From the NCBI GenBank assembly GCA_002424305.1, contig DIQZ01000035.1:162335-226334 (forward strand): a stretch of DNA of 64,000 nt, written 5' to 3'. Made by a program: the position numbers and the translations under genes. The stretch comes from Firmicutes bacterium UBA5449. GTDB lineage: Bacteria > Bacillota > SHA-98 > UBA4971. The notes beneath the pieces were generated by a model. It worked only from the letters and a program-made list of their open reading frames with translations. It was not told where the DNA came from and did no database searches. This document shows positions 49,359 to 59,467 of this stretch, piece after piece. The stretch's first letter is position 1. Every line of letters begins with the position of its first letter.

Positions 49359-52300
49359 TTAAGCTGTCTCTTGACGAGGGTATTTCGTATTCTCTAAATT
49401 CAGTGAAACAAGCTTTGATATGCCGGACTCCTCCATAGTAACTCCATAGAGAGTGCCTGCAGTCTCCATCGTTCCTTTTCTGTGCGTCACGACAATAAAC
49501 TGACCTTCTTCGGCTGCGTCGCACATGAGATCTGCAAACCTTCCAACATTAGCTTCATCCAGCGCTGCATCTATCTCATCCAAAATACAGCATGGACTCG
49601 GATGAATCTTAAGAATCGCAAATACAAGAGCAATAGCAGATAAAGCCCTTTCACCTGCAGAAAGAAGTGTAAGATTCTGAAGTCTTTTACCGGGAGGCTG
49701 TGCCACGATCTCAACGCCGGGAAGCCTTAAACCCTCAAGATCAACTAAAATCAAGTCAGCGGATCCGCCTCCGAAAAGCCTTGAAAAAAGTTTATTGAAC
49801 TCCAGCCTCACTGCGTCAAAGGTTTCCCTAAAGCGCCTTTCGCTCTCTTTGTCATAGCGCTCAATCATTCGTCCAAGGAAATCCACGGCGTTATCAATAT
49901 CTTTGAGTCCTTCTTCCAGGTATCCTTGTCTGGATTTCATAGACTCGTATATCTCAATTACGCCGAGGTCAACCGGACCTATGGTATCCATCTTATCCCG
50001 AAGCAAGCGAATCTCTTCTTTTGCATTATCTCTGTGTCTTATGTTTTCATATCGGGCCGGATCCAACTGTAACTTGGCTTCCTCCGGTGTCATTCGGTAA
50101 CCTCGCTCAAGATCATCTACTCTATGACGGATTCCTTCCATAACCTCAACTCTTCGAAGGCGAGAAGTGGTTTCATCCTTTTCCAGCCCTCCGATTCTCA
50201 TCTGAAGTGCCTTCATGTTCTCTTCTTTGTCACTGATGCTTCGAACCGTTGCACGACGATGATCTCTGACAGACGCAAACGTCTTTTCCAGCTCCAGTCT
50301 CTTCTTCCGGAGCATATCGAGACAAGCCTTATCGGTGTCAAATCCCTGACGAGTCTCTGATATAAGATTCTTGACTCTTATTATCTCCACGCCGATAGCA
50401 TAAACTCTCGAGGCAAGCTCTTCACCGGAAGCTTCCAGCGTCAAAATGCTCTGCTTCAGATTCTCAGCCTCTTGACTTCGCGATGCGATTTTCACTTTGG
50501 TGGCAGTAATGTCGTGCATGGCATCGTCACGGGCAGACGAGAGCTCCTTCAGTTCCTTGGAAAGCTCTGCCTGAATTGTGGACAACTCTCGGCTGGCTGC
50601 TGTAAGCTCCTCGTACCTGTCCTCCAGCTTTTGTCTGATATCATCAGACGATATGCCTCTTTGCGCCCTTGATTCCAATTGTGAACGAAGCATATCAACT
50701 CGGAGATGAGCTTTATCTAATTCCCTGCATCTCTCAGCTTGAAGGGCTTGGCGTTTCACTGATTCGAGTTCAATTGCTCTACACTGTGAATTCAGATTCT
50801 CGCTAAGCTTCTCCAGGTCACGAATGACACGTTTTGCCGATTCTACTTGTTGAACTACTCTGGATTCATCGTCACGTAGACTCCGCTCATCACGTTCCAA
50901 GTCATTAAGACGCCTCTTGACCTCAAGCAATCGCCTACCCGGTCTTGCCCGTCTGCTTCCACCGGAAATTGCTCCTCCCGGGAAAATAATATCACCGTCA
51001 ATCGTAACGATCTTCAAAGATCTATCCAGAGCGACAGTTGCCTTGACCGCCACATCAAGATTATCAACAACTAAGATACGCCCCAGTGAAAACTCTACTG
51101 CCTTCTTGACAGGATCATCGTGGGATACAAGTTGAGACGCAATACCGTGAATACCGGGCATGTCAAGAATATGAAGATGCCTCGCGGGAAATCCGCCGGG
51201 TCGAATAAGGTCAAGAGGCAAAAACGTCGCCCTTCCAAGTTTACGCTCTTTGAGGTATGCAACAGCCGACTTTGCATGCCTTTCCTTTTCCACAACAATG
51301 TTTAAGAGCGACCGCCCTAACGCAGATTCAATAGCGTACTCATACTTACTTGGCACCCTGATAATATCAGCAAGAGTTCCAATAACTCCTTCAAGCGCAT
51401 TGCGCCTGGCTGCAGTGATAACAGCCCGAGTTCCTTCAGGGTACCACTGGCCCTTCATAACCTGCCGTCTACAAGCTTCAAGCTCCAGTGATTTCTCGTG
51501 AGCCTGCCGCTCCAGACTTCTACGACTTTCAGTAAGCTTTTCCAATTCGTCGGCGGATCGTCTCAAATCCTGCTCCGCCTTAAGTATTTCCCGGGATAGA
51601 CTGTCCTTCCTTGCGCTCAGTTCTTCCAGGTACCCTGTATCATGATCCAGCTTGTTGGAAATATCATCAAGCTCTTGCAGAGCCTGTTCCAGTTGCTCCC
51701 GCTCCCTTTGAACTTGACGCTCTTCTGACTCCTCGTCCATCTTCTTCCTGGACAATTCGTTCTTGACTTCAGCCAGCTTAGAAAGGACTTCAATAACGTC
51801 TATTTTAAGACCTTCCTCTGCCTCCCTCTTCTCGCCTAACGTCCTGAAGAAACCCTCTTCTTCAGACTCCCTGTCCTCAAGATATTCCCGGGCAGCTTCA
51901 ATCTCCGCATTGATCTTTACAAGACGGGCTCTTTTGATCTCCAGTTCTTGTTGAAGATGAGTCAAGCCTGTCTTATCCTTCTCGCCTGATGCCTCAAGGG
52001 AAACCAACTCTTTCTCGAAGCTTGCCAGACGTTCAGATGTTATTCCGACCTTACCTTCGATCTTTTCTATCTCCGCTCCCAGCTCGGTCACGCGAGAATG
52101 GGTTTCATCGCGCACCTCTTCCAATTGGGTCAAGTGCGCTTTGTCACGCATGATCTCACTATCAAGTGTATCTTGCTCTTCCCTCAGTTGCCTGAGCTGA
52201 ATTCCGGTATGACTTAGCTTCTTCATGAGATCGTCCTTCGTCTCATTTAGCTTCTCAAGTTCAGATAGGATGAAACCTATCTCAAGCGTTGACAGCTCAT

Positions 52301-52958
52301 GACTGTAGCTCTTAAACTGCTTGGCTTCGTCTGCCCTCTTCGCCAAAGGTTCCAACTGTCTTCCAAGCTCCAATACAAGATCTTGAATTCTCTCCCTGTT
52401 TTTCCCGACAGCCTCGAGCCGTCTTTCTGTCTCATTACGGCGAACCTTGTACCGATGAATCCCTGATGCTTCCTCAAAAAATGCTCTACGCTGATCAGAG
52501 CCTGCAGCTAGAATCGAGTCAATTCTGCCCTGCTCAATCACGGAATATCCGGATCTTCCAAGCCCTGTGTCCATAAAAAGGGTGTGAATATCTTTAAGAC
52601 GGCATGGCACACCGGAGATAAGGAACTCACTTGCACCTGACCGATAGACCCGCCTGGTAACCTGAACCTCCAGAAAATCAACGGAAAGAAAGCCGTCACT
52701 GTTATCAAACACCAGTGTAACCTCGGCAAACCCCAAAGGTTTCCTCGTATTGGTTCCGGAGAAGATTACGTCTTCCATCTTGGAACCACGGAGGGTCTTC
52801 GCGCTTTGCTCTCCCAGCGCCCACCTGATTGCGTCAGCAATATTGCTTTTCCCGCTTCCATTTGGGCCTACAATCGCAGTGATACCCGGAGACAACGCAA
52901 GTTCTGTTTTGTCTGCAAAGGATTTGAAACCATACATTTCTACTCGCTTGAGGTACAA
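49359..52958 (-). CDS. smc: Chromosome partition protein Smc
   Basis: 1199 aa; N-terminal Walker A GPNGSGKSN, long coiled coils, hinge, C-terminal signature LSAGERAL and Walker B. Confidence 0.9.
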   Translation of the reverse strand: MYLKRVEMYGFKSFADKTELALSPGITAIVGPNGSGKSNIADAIRWALGEQSAKTLRGSKMEDVIFSGTNTRKPLGFAEVTLVFDNSDGFLSVDFLEVQVTRRVYRSGASEFLISGVPCRLKDIHTLFMDTGLGRSGYSVIEQGRIDSILAAGSDQRRAFFEEASGIHRYKVRRNETERRLEAVGKNRERIQDLVLELGRQLEPLAKRADEAKQFKSYSHELSTLEIGFILSELEKLNETKDDLMKKLSHTGIQLRQLREEQDTLDSEIMRDKAHLTQLEEVRDETHSRVTELGAEIEKIEGKVGITSERLASFEKELVSLEASGEKDKTGLTHLQQELEIKRARLVKINAEIEAAREYLEDRESEEEGFFRTLGEKREAEEGLKIDVIEVLSKLAEVKNELSRKKMDEESEERQVQREREQLEQALQELDDISNKLDHDTGYLEELSARKDSLSREILKAEQDLRRSADELEKLTESRRSLERQAHEKSLELEACRRQVMKGQWYPEGTRAVITAARRNALEGVIGTLADIIRVPSKYEYAIESALGRSLLNIVVEKERHAKSAVAYLKERKLGRATFLPLDLIRPGGFPARHLHILDMPGIHGIASQLVSHDDPVKKAVEFSLGRILVVDNLDVAVKATVALDRSLKIVTIDGDIIFPGGAISGGSRRARPGRRLLEVKRRLNDLERDERSLRDDESRVVQQVESAKRVIRDLEKLSENLNSQCRAIELESVKRQALQAERCRELDKAHLRVDMLRSQLESRAQRGISSDDIRQKLEDRYEELTAASRELSTIQAELSKELKELSSARDDAMHDITATKVKIASRSQEAENLKQSILTLEASGEELASRVYAIGVEIIRVKNLISETRQGFDTDKACLDMLRKKRLELEKTFASVRDHRRATVRSISDKEENMKALQMRIGGLEKDETTSRLRRVEVMEGIRHRVDDLERGYRMTPEEAKLQLDPARYENIRHRDNAKEEIRLLRDKMDTIGPVDLGVIEIYESMKSRQGYLEEGLKDIDNAVDFLGRMIERYDKESERRFRETFDAVRLEFNKLFSRLFGGGSADLILVDLEGLRLPGVEIVAQPPGKRLQNLTLLSAGERALSAIALVFAILKIHPSPCCILDEIDAALDEANVGRFADLMCDAAEEGQFIVVTHRKGTMETAGTLYGVTMEESGISKLVSLNLENTKYPRQETA

Positions 52959-53146
52959 GCAAAATCACCCTAGCCCCAGGCACAGTTTCTACACCAATCA
53001 TCCCAGGTTGCAATGGTATTGTATCACAGCATAAACCAAAAGAGAATCTTACCTGGAATTGCTGGATGGTAAATCCATCACGGCAAAGCCGTAGACACCG
53101 GGGCAACACAGTAATTATGTGGAAGGAGTGTAAGCAGATGGCAGGG

Positions 53147-53839
53147 TTACAGGCTTACCTTAACGTCAAGATACAGGTCTTCGCGTTTTCTTACCTTTCG
53201 AGGAATCTCAGGATGAGCCAGTGAGCCATATTTATGTAGGATCCGTCTTAACTTTGTCTTAACACGAGTACGTGCGTTATCCACTGCTTTGAGGTTGAGT
53301 CCCATTGCACGGCTAATCTCACTTGTGGTGTACCCCTGACGTAAGAGGACAGTTACAACATACTCCAGTACAGAAAGGTAATCTCTTAAGACCTGCTCCA
53401 TTCGCATGCTCATCCAGTTGTCTTCCACGACTGTTTCAGGATTCATTGAATCTCCTTGAAGGAAATCCAGAATTGGACGACAACCCTCCCTATCCATGAC
53501 TGTATACAGGGACAAGGCCTGATTAAGCAGTCTATGTTTCCCGCTGGTCTGCCTGCGAAGACTGTTGTATACCTTGCGGATAATGCAGAGGTATGCGAAG
53601 GAGCTGAACTTGACTCCCGGACGATTAACATCATATTGCCGGATAGCCTCGAGAAGTCCGAACAGACCGTCTTGAGTGAGGTCCTCAAATTCCAAACCGG
53701 GGACTCCCACAACAGTAGTCTGAACAATATGTCGTACCATTGGCAAGTACTTCCGTACCAAGTCATCCCTGGCCGGTTCTTGTCCCTGCCGTGCTCGCAA
53801 CAGTAACTCGAGGTCTAGGTCTTGGTTGGCATCGGACAT
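53147..53839 (-). CDS. Sigma-70 family RNA polymerase sigma factor, SigH-like paralogue
   Basis: 230 aa; region 2 (EDLTQDGLFGLLEAIRQYD ... KFSSFAYLCIIRKV) and region 4 HTH (YTTSEISRAMGLNLKAVDNARTRVKTKLRR); by recall, alignment pattern closest to B. subtilis SigH. Confidence 0.7.
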   Translation of the reverse strand: MSDANQDLDLELLLRARQGQEPARDDLVRKYLPMVRHIVQTTVVGVPGLEFEDLTQDGLFGLLEAIRQYDVNRPGVKFSSFAYLCIIRKVYNSLRRQTSGKHRLLNQALSLYTVMDREGCRPILDFLQGDSMNPETVVEDNWMSMRMEQVLRDYLSVLEYVVTVLLRQGYTTSEISRAMGLNLKAVDNARTRVKTKLRRILHKYGSLAHPEIPRKVRKREDLYLDVKVSL

Positions 53840-53944
53840 GTAGAATCCCCCTTGACCGATTTACGCTAAGTTCGGTAAATGTATACTATCGGCCAAGGAA
53901 TAATATTCTTCTGAAAGTGGACACGCAATGATTATTAGTGGCAC

Positions 53945-53987
53945 AGCCTGCCTCCGGAGAAGCGCTTGCTCCTAGGAGAACAGGCTG
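53945..53987. repeat. Nested palindrome CAGCCTG-cctcc-GGAGAAGCGCTTGCTCC-taggagaa-CAGGCTG downstream of spoVS
   Basis: Read directly; no flanking U-tract on either strand. Confidence 0.5.
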
Positions 53988-54071
53988 TTGGTCCAAAACC
54001 AGTCCCAAATTATAAGAAAGCTAACAATGACTCAATAAATGGCTAATGCTCACAACTTCTCTCTCTGGACA

Positions 54072-54332
54072 CTACCTGGGTTCTACAATGAACTTTATTG
54101 CGGTTCTCTCTTCCCCGTCGATTTGAATCTCGGTGAAAGCTGGAATGGCAATGAGGTCTATTCCATTTGGCGCGACAAACCCTCGTGTAATTGCTATGGC
54201 CTTGACAGCTTGGTTCACAGCTCCGGCTCCAACCGCCTGAACTTCGGCAGACCCTCTCTCTCTAAGCACAGCAGCAAGAGCGCCCGCCACCGACTTGGGT
54301 TTTGACTGCGCTGATACCCTTAGTACCTCCAC
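54072..54332 (-). CDS. spoVS: Stage V sporulation protein S
   Basis: 86 aa; near-identical pattern to B. subtilis SpoVS (MEVLKVS..KSVAGALAAVLRERG...AIGAGAVNQAVKA). Confidence 0.9.
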   Translation of the reverse strand: MEVLRVSAQSKPKSVAGALAAVLRERGSAEVQAVGAGAVNQAVKAIAITRGFVAPNGIDLIAIPAFTEIQIDGEERTAIKFIVEPR

Positions 54333-54438
54333 GCCTTCTGACCTCCCGTTCCCAGGTTTTGGACCATAAACCTTCTTTCTTACTATAAATATTCCACATC
54401 ATCCCAGAAGATCCTCTATTATGCGGAATTTCTCGATT

Positions 54439-55149
54439 TTAGAAAGTGATTAGTCGAATTAGTGCATCTTCCGCCGCAGCCTGTTCAGCGTCTTTCTTGG
54501 TTTTGCCTACTCCACAACCTATTGAGACATCCCCGGAGTACACAGAAACGGTAAAAGTCTTGTCGTGATCAGGGCCGTCTTCGCTTACCACCCTATACTC
54601 AGGGAGCGTTTTTCTTGTCTTTTGAAAGAGTTCCTGCAACTCTGCCTTATGGTTCCTGAAATTTGTCTCTTTCAAGTACTCCTGAGTATCAAGAGTATCA
54701 AGCTTGAGCCTACGCACGACAAAGTCTTTGGCAATTTCAAGCCCTTGATCCAGAAAAACGGCACCAATGATTGCTTCAAGTGAGTCTGCAAGCACAGAAG
54801 GCAACTCCCTGCCTCTTGTTGCTTCAAGACTCGGGCCAACCAGAAGAAATCTCGACAACCCGATTTCGGTAGCGGCGGAGGCTAAAGACTTTTCACTGAC
54901 TACCTGACCAATTATGGCTGAAAGCTCCCCTTCAGCCAAGTTCGGATGAGTCTCGTAAAAATACCACGAGCATGTTAACTTGAGGACAGCATCTCCAAGA
55001 AACTCTAAGCGTTCATTTCCGGCAGCAGGACCTCCGCCTTCAAAAGAACTATGAGTTACTGCCTTCCGGAGCACGTTTCGATTACGAAAAGACACCCCAA
55101 GGACACGTTGCAATTGATGCAACGTGTCATCACATAATTCCCTACTCAT
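54439..55149 (-). CDS. rnc: Ribonuclease III
   Basis: 236 aa; RNase III signature ERLEFLGDA, C-terminal dsRBD. Confidence 0.9.
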   Translation of the reverse strand: MSRELCDDTLHQLQRVLGVSFRNRNVLRKAVTHSSFEGGGPAAGNERLEFLGDAVLKLTCSWYFYETHPNLAEGELSAIIGQVVSEKSLASAATEIGLSRFLLVGPSLEATRGRELPSVLADSLEAIIGAVFLDQGLEIAKDFVVRRLKLDTLDTQEYLKETNFRNHKAELQELFQKTRKTLPEYRVVSEDGPDHDKTFTVSVYSGDVSIGCGVGKTKKDAEQAAAEDALIRLITF

Positions 55150-56387
55150 TCCTGAAACCTCTTGACTACAATGACCCCATTGTGCCCTCCGAATCCAAAG
55201 GCATTACTCATAGCCACATCTACCTTGGCATTCCTTGCTGTGTTAGGCACGTAATCCAAATCACAATCCGGGTCAGGTTCTTCATAGTTTATCGTTGCCG
55301 GAACAATTCCGGTTTCCACTGCAAATAAACACGCAGCAACACCGCACGCCCCTGCTGCGCCCAACAAGTGACCTGTCATGGACTTAGTGGAACTCACCAT
55401 CAGCTCATACGCATGAGCGCCAAATACCTTTTTGATTGCCAGTGTCTCACACTTATCATTCATCTGAGTGGATGTGCCATGTGCATTAACGTAATCCACA
55501 TCCGTCGGCGCCAGTCCGGCATCACCCAATGCTCTATACATGGCTAAGGCTGCGCCCTTACCTTCCGGATCCGGCTCCACAATGTGATAGGCGTCATCGC
55601 TTGCTCCATATCCCACTATTTCGGCGTACGGGCGTGCTCCCCGGGCAAGTGCATGCTCCATGCTTTCAAGAACCAACACGATAGCACCTTCCCCCATGAC
55701 AAACCCGTCTCTCCCTTTGTCAAAAGGACGACTGGCTTTCTCCGGTTCATCGTTCCTTTGAGACATAGCTCTAAGGGAACAGAAACCTGCAAAGCCGGCA
55801 GTGGTAATACTCGCTTCAGTGCCCCCGGCCAGCATAACATCGGCATCTCCTCTTTGAATAACACGCAAGCCCTCTCCGATGGCATGCGTAGAAGCGGCGC
55901 ACGCTGTTGTGACTGTGAGATTAGGTCCTTTCGCGCCGGTGAAAATAGCAACCTGTCCCGAAGCCATGTTAGGGATCATCATGGGGATAAAGAAAGGACT
56001 GACTCGTCTTGGACCGTCAGAAAGCAACAGCTTCACTTGGCCCTCAGTTACGTCAATTCCCCCTATACCACAGCCCATCATGACCCCTGTATTATCGCTA
56101 TTCCCTTCGTCAACGGAGAGGTTTGCATCTTCCAATGCCAGCTTAGCAGAGACTACTGAAAACTGCGTAAACCTGGCAAGCCTATGCGCTTCCCGGTCAG
56201 ACATGAAGTTTTCAACTACAAAATCTGAAACTTCACCTGCCATCTGAGTTCTATAGTCGTCCGGCTCAAAACAAGATATTCGCGATATTCCATTTTTTGA
56301 GGTTCGGAGGCCTTCAAAGAAAGCCTCTTTCCCTATGCCAATGGGGGTAACCGCGCCAATGCCGGTCACCACGACCCGTGGTCTCAT
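55146..56387 (-). CDS. fabF: 3-oxoacyl-[ACP] synthase II
   Basis: Track ORF over-extended to 56519; true start MRPRVVVTGIGAV (ATG about 56387, GGGGTGAGG RBS); Cys-His-His KAS triad region. Confidence 0.9.
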   Translation of the reverse strand: MRPRVVVTGIGAVTPIGIGKEAFFEGLRTSKNGISRISCFEPDDYRTQMAGEVSDFVVENFMSDREAHRLARFTQFSVVSAKLALEDANLSVDEGNSDNTGVMMGCGIGGIDVTEGQVKLLLSDGPRRVSPFFIPMMIPNMASGQVAIFTGAKGPNLTVTTACAASTHAIGEGLRVIQRGDADVMLAGGTEASITTAGFAGFCSLRAMSQRNDEPEKASRPFDKGRDGFVMGEGAIVLVLESMEHALARGARPYAEIVGYGASDDAYHIVEPDPEGKGAALAMYRALGDAGLAPTDVDYVNAHGTSTQMNDKCETLAIKKVFGAHAYELMVSSTKSMTGHLLGAAGACGVAACLFAVETGIVPATINYEEPDPDCDLDYVPNTARNAKVDVAMSNAFGFGGHNGVIVVKRFQE

Positions 56388-56442
56388 AACCTCACCCCAC
56401 ACCAATTCGTGCGCCTCTTTCGGATTTAAGATTAGCTGCCTC

Positions 56443-56706
56443 TTATTCGGACTCTTCAAGTTGCTCAATGATAAAACCGACAATCTCCTGCACTGTGGTA
56501 TCTTCTGCAAGATCAACATCGAGAACCCCTAAGTCAAACTCTCTATCAAGCTCATCCCCAATGCTCATTCTTGTAGCAGAGTCAGCATAAAGGTCATTCA
56601 TGGTAGCATCAGGTGTCACAGAATCCTCATCTACCCTGGCTTCTCTGATTATGATCTCTTTTACCTTAGCAAAGACTTCCTCTGCCTTGCCTTCAAGACC
56701 TGCCAT
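56443..56706 (-). CDS. acpP: Acyl carrier protein
   Basis: Track ORF over-extended; true start MAGLEGKAEEV with GGGAGGTGA RBS; DSx phosphopantetheine-attachment region (ADSATRMSIGDELD). Confidence 0.8.
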   Translation of the reverse strand: MAGLEGKAEEVFAKVKEIIIREARVDEDSVTPDATMNDLYADSATRMSIGDELDREFDLGVLDVDLAEDTTVQEIVGFIIEQLEESE

Positions 56707-56756
56707 TTTATTCACCTCCCTCAACTCAACTCTATATTCTTCCCTTTTCGAAGTGG

Positions 56757-57500
56757 CTACATTGCTAAGCCTCCGTCTACACACAACACCTGGCCTGTTA
56801 TGTAACATGCTTCGTCAGAGGCTAGGAACAGACACGCTTCTGCCACATCTTTTGCAGAGCCTGCCCTCCCTAACGGTACACCTCCCACAAGCTTCTCTCT
56901 GATTTCACTGCTGAGTTCACTTGTCATGCCAATGTCAATGAAACCGGGAGCAATAGCGTTTACGGTAACCTGGCGCATTGCAAGCTCCCTGGCAGCAGCC
57001 TTAGTAAGGCCGATCACACCGGCTTTTGACGCGGAGTAATTACACTGGCCTGCATTGCCAAGGACACCGGCAACAGACGAGATGTTTATTATTCTACCGG
57101 ATCTCTGCCTGAACATCCTCTTGCCAACTGACCTTATCAAACTAAATACTCCGGTAAGGTTTGTCTCTATGACTTCTTCCCATTGGGGATCTGTCATTCT
57201 GATAAGGAAATTATCATGTCTTATGCCTGCATTATTAATGAGGATATCTATGCGTCCGAATTCTTTGTGAATCCCTTCAATGACTTCCTCAACAGACACC
57301 GGTGAAGTAACATCTATACTTCCTGCTACAGCACGACCACCGCCTGCAGTAATCTCTTCTGCCACTCTTTCTGCGGCCTCAAGGTTTCGTCCGGCAAGCG
57401 CAACAACATGTGCGCCTTCGCGTGATAATGCCTTGGCTATCTCAGCCCCGAGTCCGCCTGAAGCCCCAGTGACAATGGCAACCTTATCCCTCACCCTCAT
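56757..57500 (-). CDS. fabG: 3-oxoacyl-[ACP] reductase
   Basis: True start MRVRDKVAIVTGASGGLG; SDR YxxxK catalytic motif (YSASKAG). Confidence 0.9.
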   Translation of the reverse strand: MRVRDKVAIVTGASGGLGAEIAKALSREGAHVVALAGRNLEAAERVAEEITAGGGRAVAGSIDVTSPVSVEEVIEGIHKEFGRIDILINNAGIRHDNFLIRMTDPQWEEVIETNLTGVFSLIRSVGKRMFRQRSGRIINISSVAGVLGNAGQCNYSASKAGVIGLTKAAARELAMRQVTVNAIAPGFIDIGMTSELSSEIREKLVGGVPLGRAGSAKDVAEACLFLASDEACYITGQVLCVDGGLAM

Positions 57501-58452
57501 ACTGCAAAACCTCCTCGAGATCTTCGAGTGCACCGTCTATCGGAGCGTTACCATCTAATGCGAATACCTTTGACTCAGGTTTAATTTCGCGGATAAGCCC
57601 TGTAAGAACTCTTCCCGGACCTAGCTGAAAAAAAACGTGAGCACCTAATCTCCACATTTCCCTTACGCAGTCCTCCCACTGAATAGGCCCGGAGATCTGT
57701 CTTGCCAAGGAGTCCTTGATTCGCGCCTCGCTGTAGGCGACCTTACCGTCAACATTCATGACTATAGGGACAGACGGTACTTGAAATTTCACTCTTTCCA
57801 GTTCCTGTTCCAATCCGCATCTTGCAGGCTCCATCAACTTTGAATGGAATGGCCCGCTGACCTTGAGCGGTATCACCCTTCGGGCACCTGCGGTCAGGCA
57901 GAGTTCCCCGGCCCATTTGACAGCCGGGATATCCCCTGATATGACAATCTGATTAGGCGAGTTATGATTTGCCGGCTCAACCCATCCGACTGTACGAGCT
58001 GCCTCACACGCCGAAGCAACCTTATCCCCGGATAATCCTAAGACAGCAGACATTCCACCGGCCCCCGGAGTATAAGCCTTCTCCATCAATTGGCCGCGGA
58101 TACACACAAGTCGCAGAGCATCCTCTAAAGACAGCGAGCCTGACGCCACCAGAGCTGAATACTCACCGACACTGTGACCGCTTACTATGTCAGGTGTTAT
58201 TCCCATGGATTTCATCACAACATAGATGGCGACAGATGTCACAACAATAGCAGGCTGAGCATTTCTTGTCAGAGTCAAGTCTTCTTCGGGCCCGAAAAAG
58301 CATAGTTCTGACAATGAGAATCCAAGAGCTGTATCAGCCTTACGGAATACCTTCCTGGCCTCTTCATAGTTTTTGGCAAGCTTTTTCCCCATGCCGACAC
58401 GTTGACATCCCTGCCCGGGAAAAACAAATGCTACCTTTCTATACGGTGTCAT
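57484..58452 (-). CDS. fabD: Malonyl CoA-ACP transacylase
   Basis: True start MTPYRKVAFVFPGQG; GHSVGE active-site Ser motif. Confidence 0.9.
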   Translation of the reverse strand: MTPYRKVAFVFPGQGCQRVGMGKKLAKNYEEARKVFRKADTALGFSLSELCFFGPEEDLTLTRNAQPAIVVTSVAIYVVMKSMGITPDIVSGHSVGEYSALVASGSLSLEDALRLVCIRGQLMEKAYTPGAGGMSAVLGLSGDKVASACEAARTVGWVEPANHNSPNQIVISGDIPAVKWAGELCLTAGARRVIPLKVSGPFHSKLMEPARCGLEQELERVKFQVPSVPIVMNVDGKVAYSEARIKDSLARQISGPIQWEDCVREMWRLGAHVFFQLGPGRVLTGLIREIKPESKVFALDGNAPIDGALEDLEEVLQYEGEG

Positions 58453-59467
58453 TGGCAAACCCGTCTTTGCACCACTTGAGTATTGCTGAGCCCCAAGTAA
58501 GACCGGCTCCGAATCCCACAAGTAGAACCATGTCCCCGCTTTTAAGCTTGCCCAACCTGGCTGCCTCATCAAGAGCTATAGGAATAGAAGCAGCCGACGT
58601 ATTGCCGAGCCTCGCAATGTTCGAGTAGATCTTATCCGAGGTTCCAAGCCTCTCAGCTGCAAGATCTATGAGTCTCTGATTGGCTTGATGAGGAATGACA
58701 AAATCTATATCATCTTCCTTAAGATTAGCCTTGTTAAGAACCTCGACAGCAGCTTCCACCATTACATTAACAGCAAATCTATACACCAGGTTCCCCTTCA
58801 TTTGGATGTAGTGAAGTTCAGACTCTACTGTCTTATGAGATGCAGGCATCCTGGACCCACCGGCAGGAAGGACAAGAACATCTCCGCGTGATCCGTCAGA
58901 CCGCAGAACACATTCTACGATGCCTTGGTCTAAGGCGCAAGGCCTAACGATGGCAGCACCTGCGCCGTCACCAAATAGCACACAAGTGTTTCTGTCGTGC
59001 CAATTCACAATCTTAGAGAGGATTTCAGCCCCAATTACGAGAATATTGTCGTACCTGCCGGAAGACACTAGATCGCGAGCAACAGAAAGAGCATACACAA
59101 ACCCTGTACATCCTGCACTAATATCAAAAGCGGCAGCATTTGTCGCATTTATCTTTCCTTGAACCGCGCATGCACATGACGGGAATATGGTATCCGGCGT
59201 GATCGTGGCAACTATAATCAGATCAAGTTGGTCAGCGGTCATACCTGCGTCATCTAAAGCCTTCAAAGCCGCTTCTTTTGCGAGATCAGACGTTACCATG
59301 CCTTCGTCAGCAATACGCCGCTCTTTAATACCGGTGCGTTCCACAATCCACTCATCGCTGGTATCCACCATTTTTTCTAAGTCAAAGTTAGTCAAGACAC
59401 GTTCAGGCACGGCGCTTCCTGTCCCTGCTATGCCTGCCCCTCTTACATTAGGCGTCCTAGTTTTCAA
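58439..59467 (-). CDS. fabH: 3-oxoacyl-[ACP] synthase III
   Basis: Probable TTG start (LKTRTPNVRGAGIAGTGSAVPERVLTN) with GGAAGGAGAG RBS 6 nt upstream; Cys-His-Asn triad region (DISAGCTGF). Confidence 0.85.
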   Translation of the reverse strand: MKTRTPNVRGAGIAGTGSAVPERVLTNFDLEKMVDTSDEWIVERTGIKERRIADEGMVTSDLAKEAALKALDDAGMTADQLDLIIVATITPDTIFPSCACAVQGKINATNAAAFDISAGCTGFVYALSVARDLVSSGRYDNILVIGAEILSKIVNWHDRNTCVLFGDGAGAAIVRPCALDQGIVECVLRSDGSRGDVLVLPAGGSRMPASHKTVESELHYIQMKGNLVYRFAVNVMVEAAVEVLNKANLKEDDIDFVIPHQANQRLIDLAAERLGTSDKIYSNIARLGNTSAASIPIALDEAARLGKLKSGDMVLLVGFGAGLTWGSAILKWCKDGFANDTV

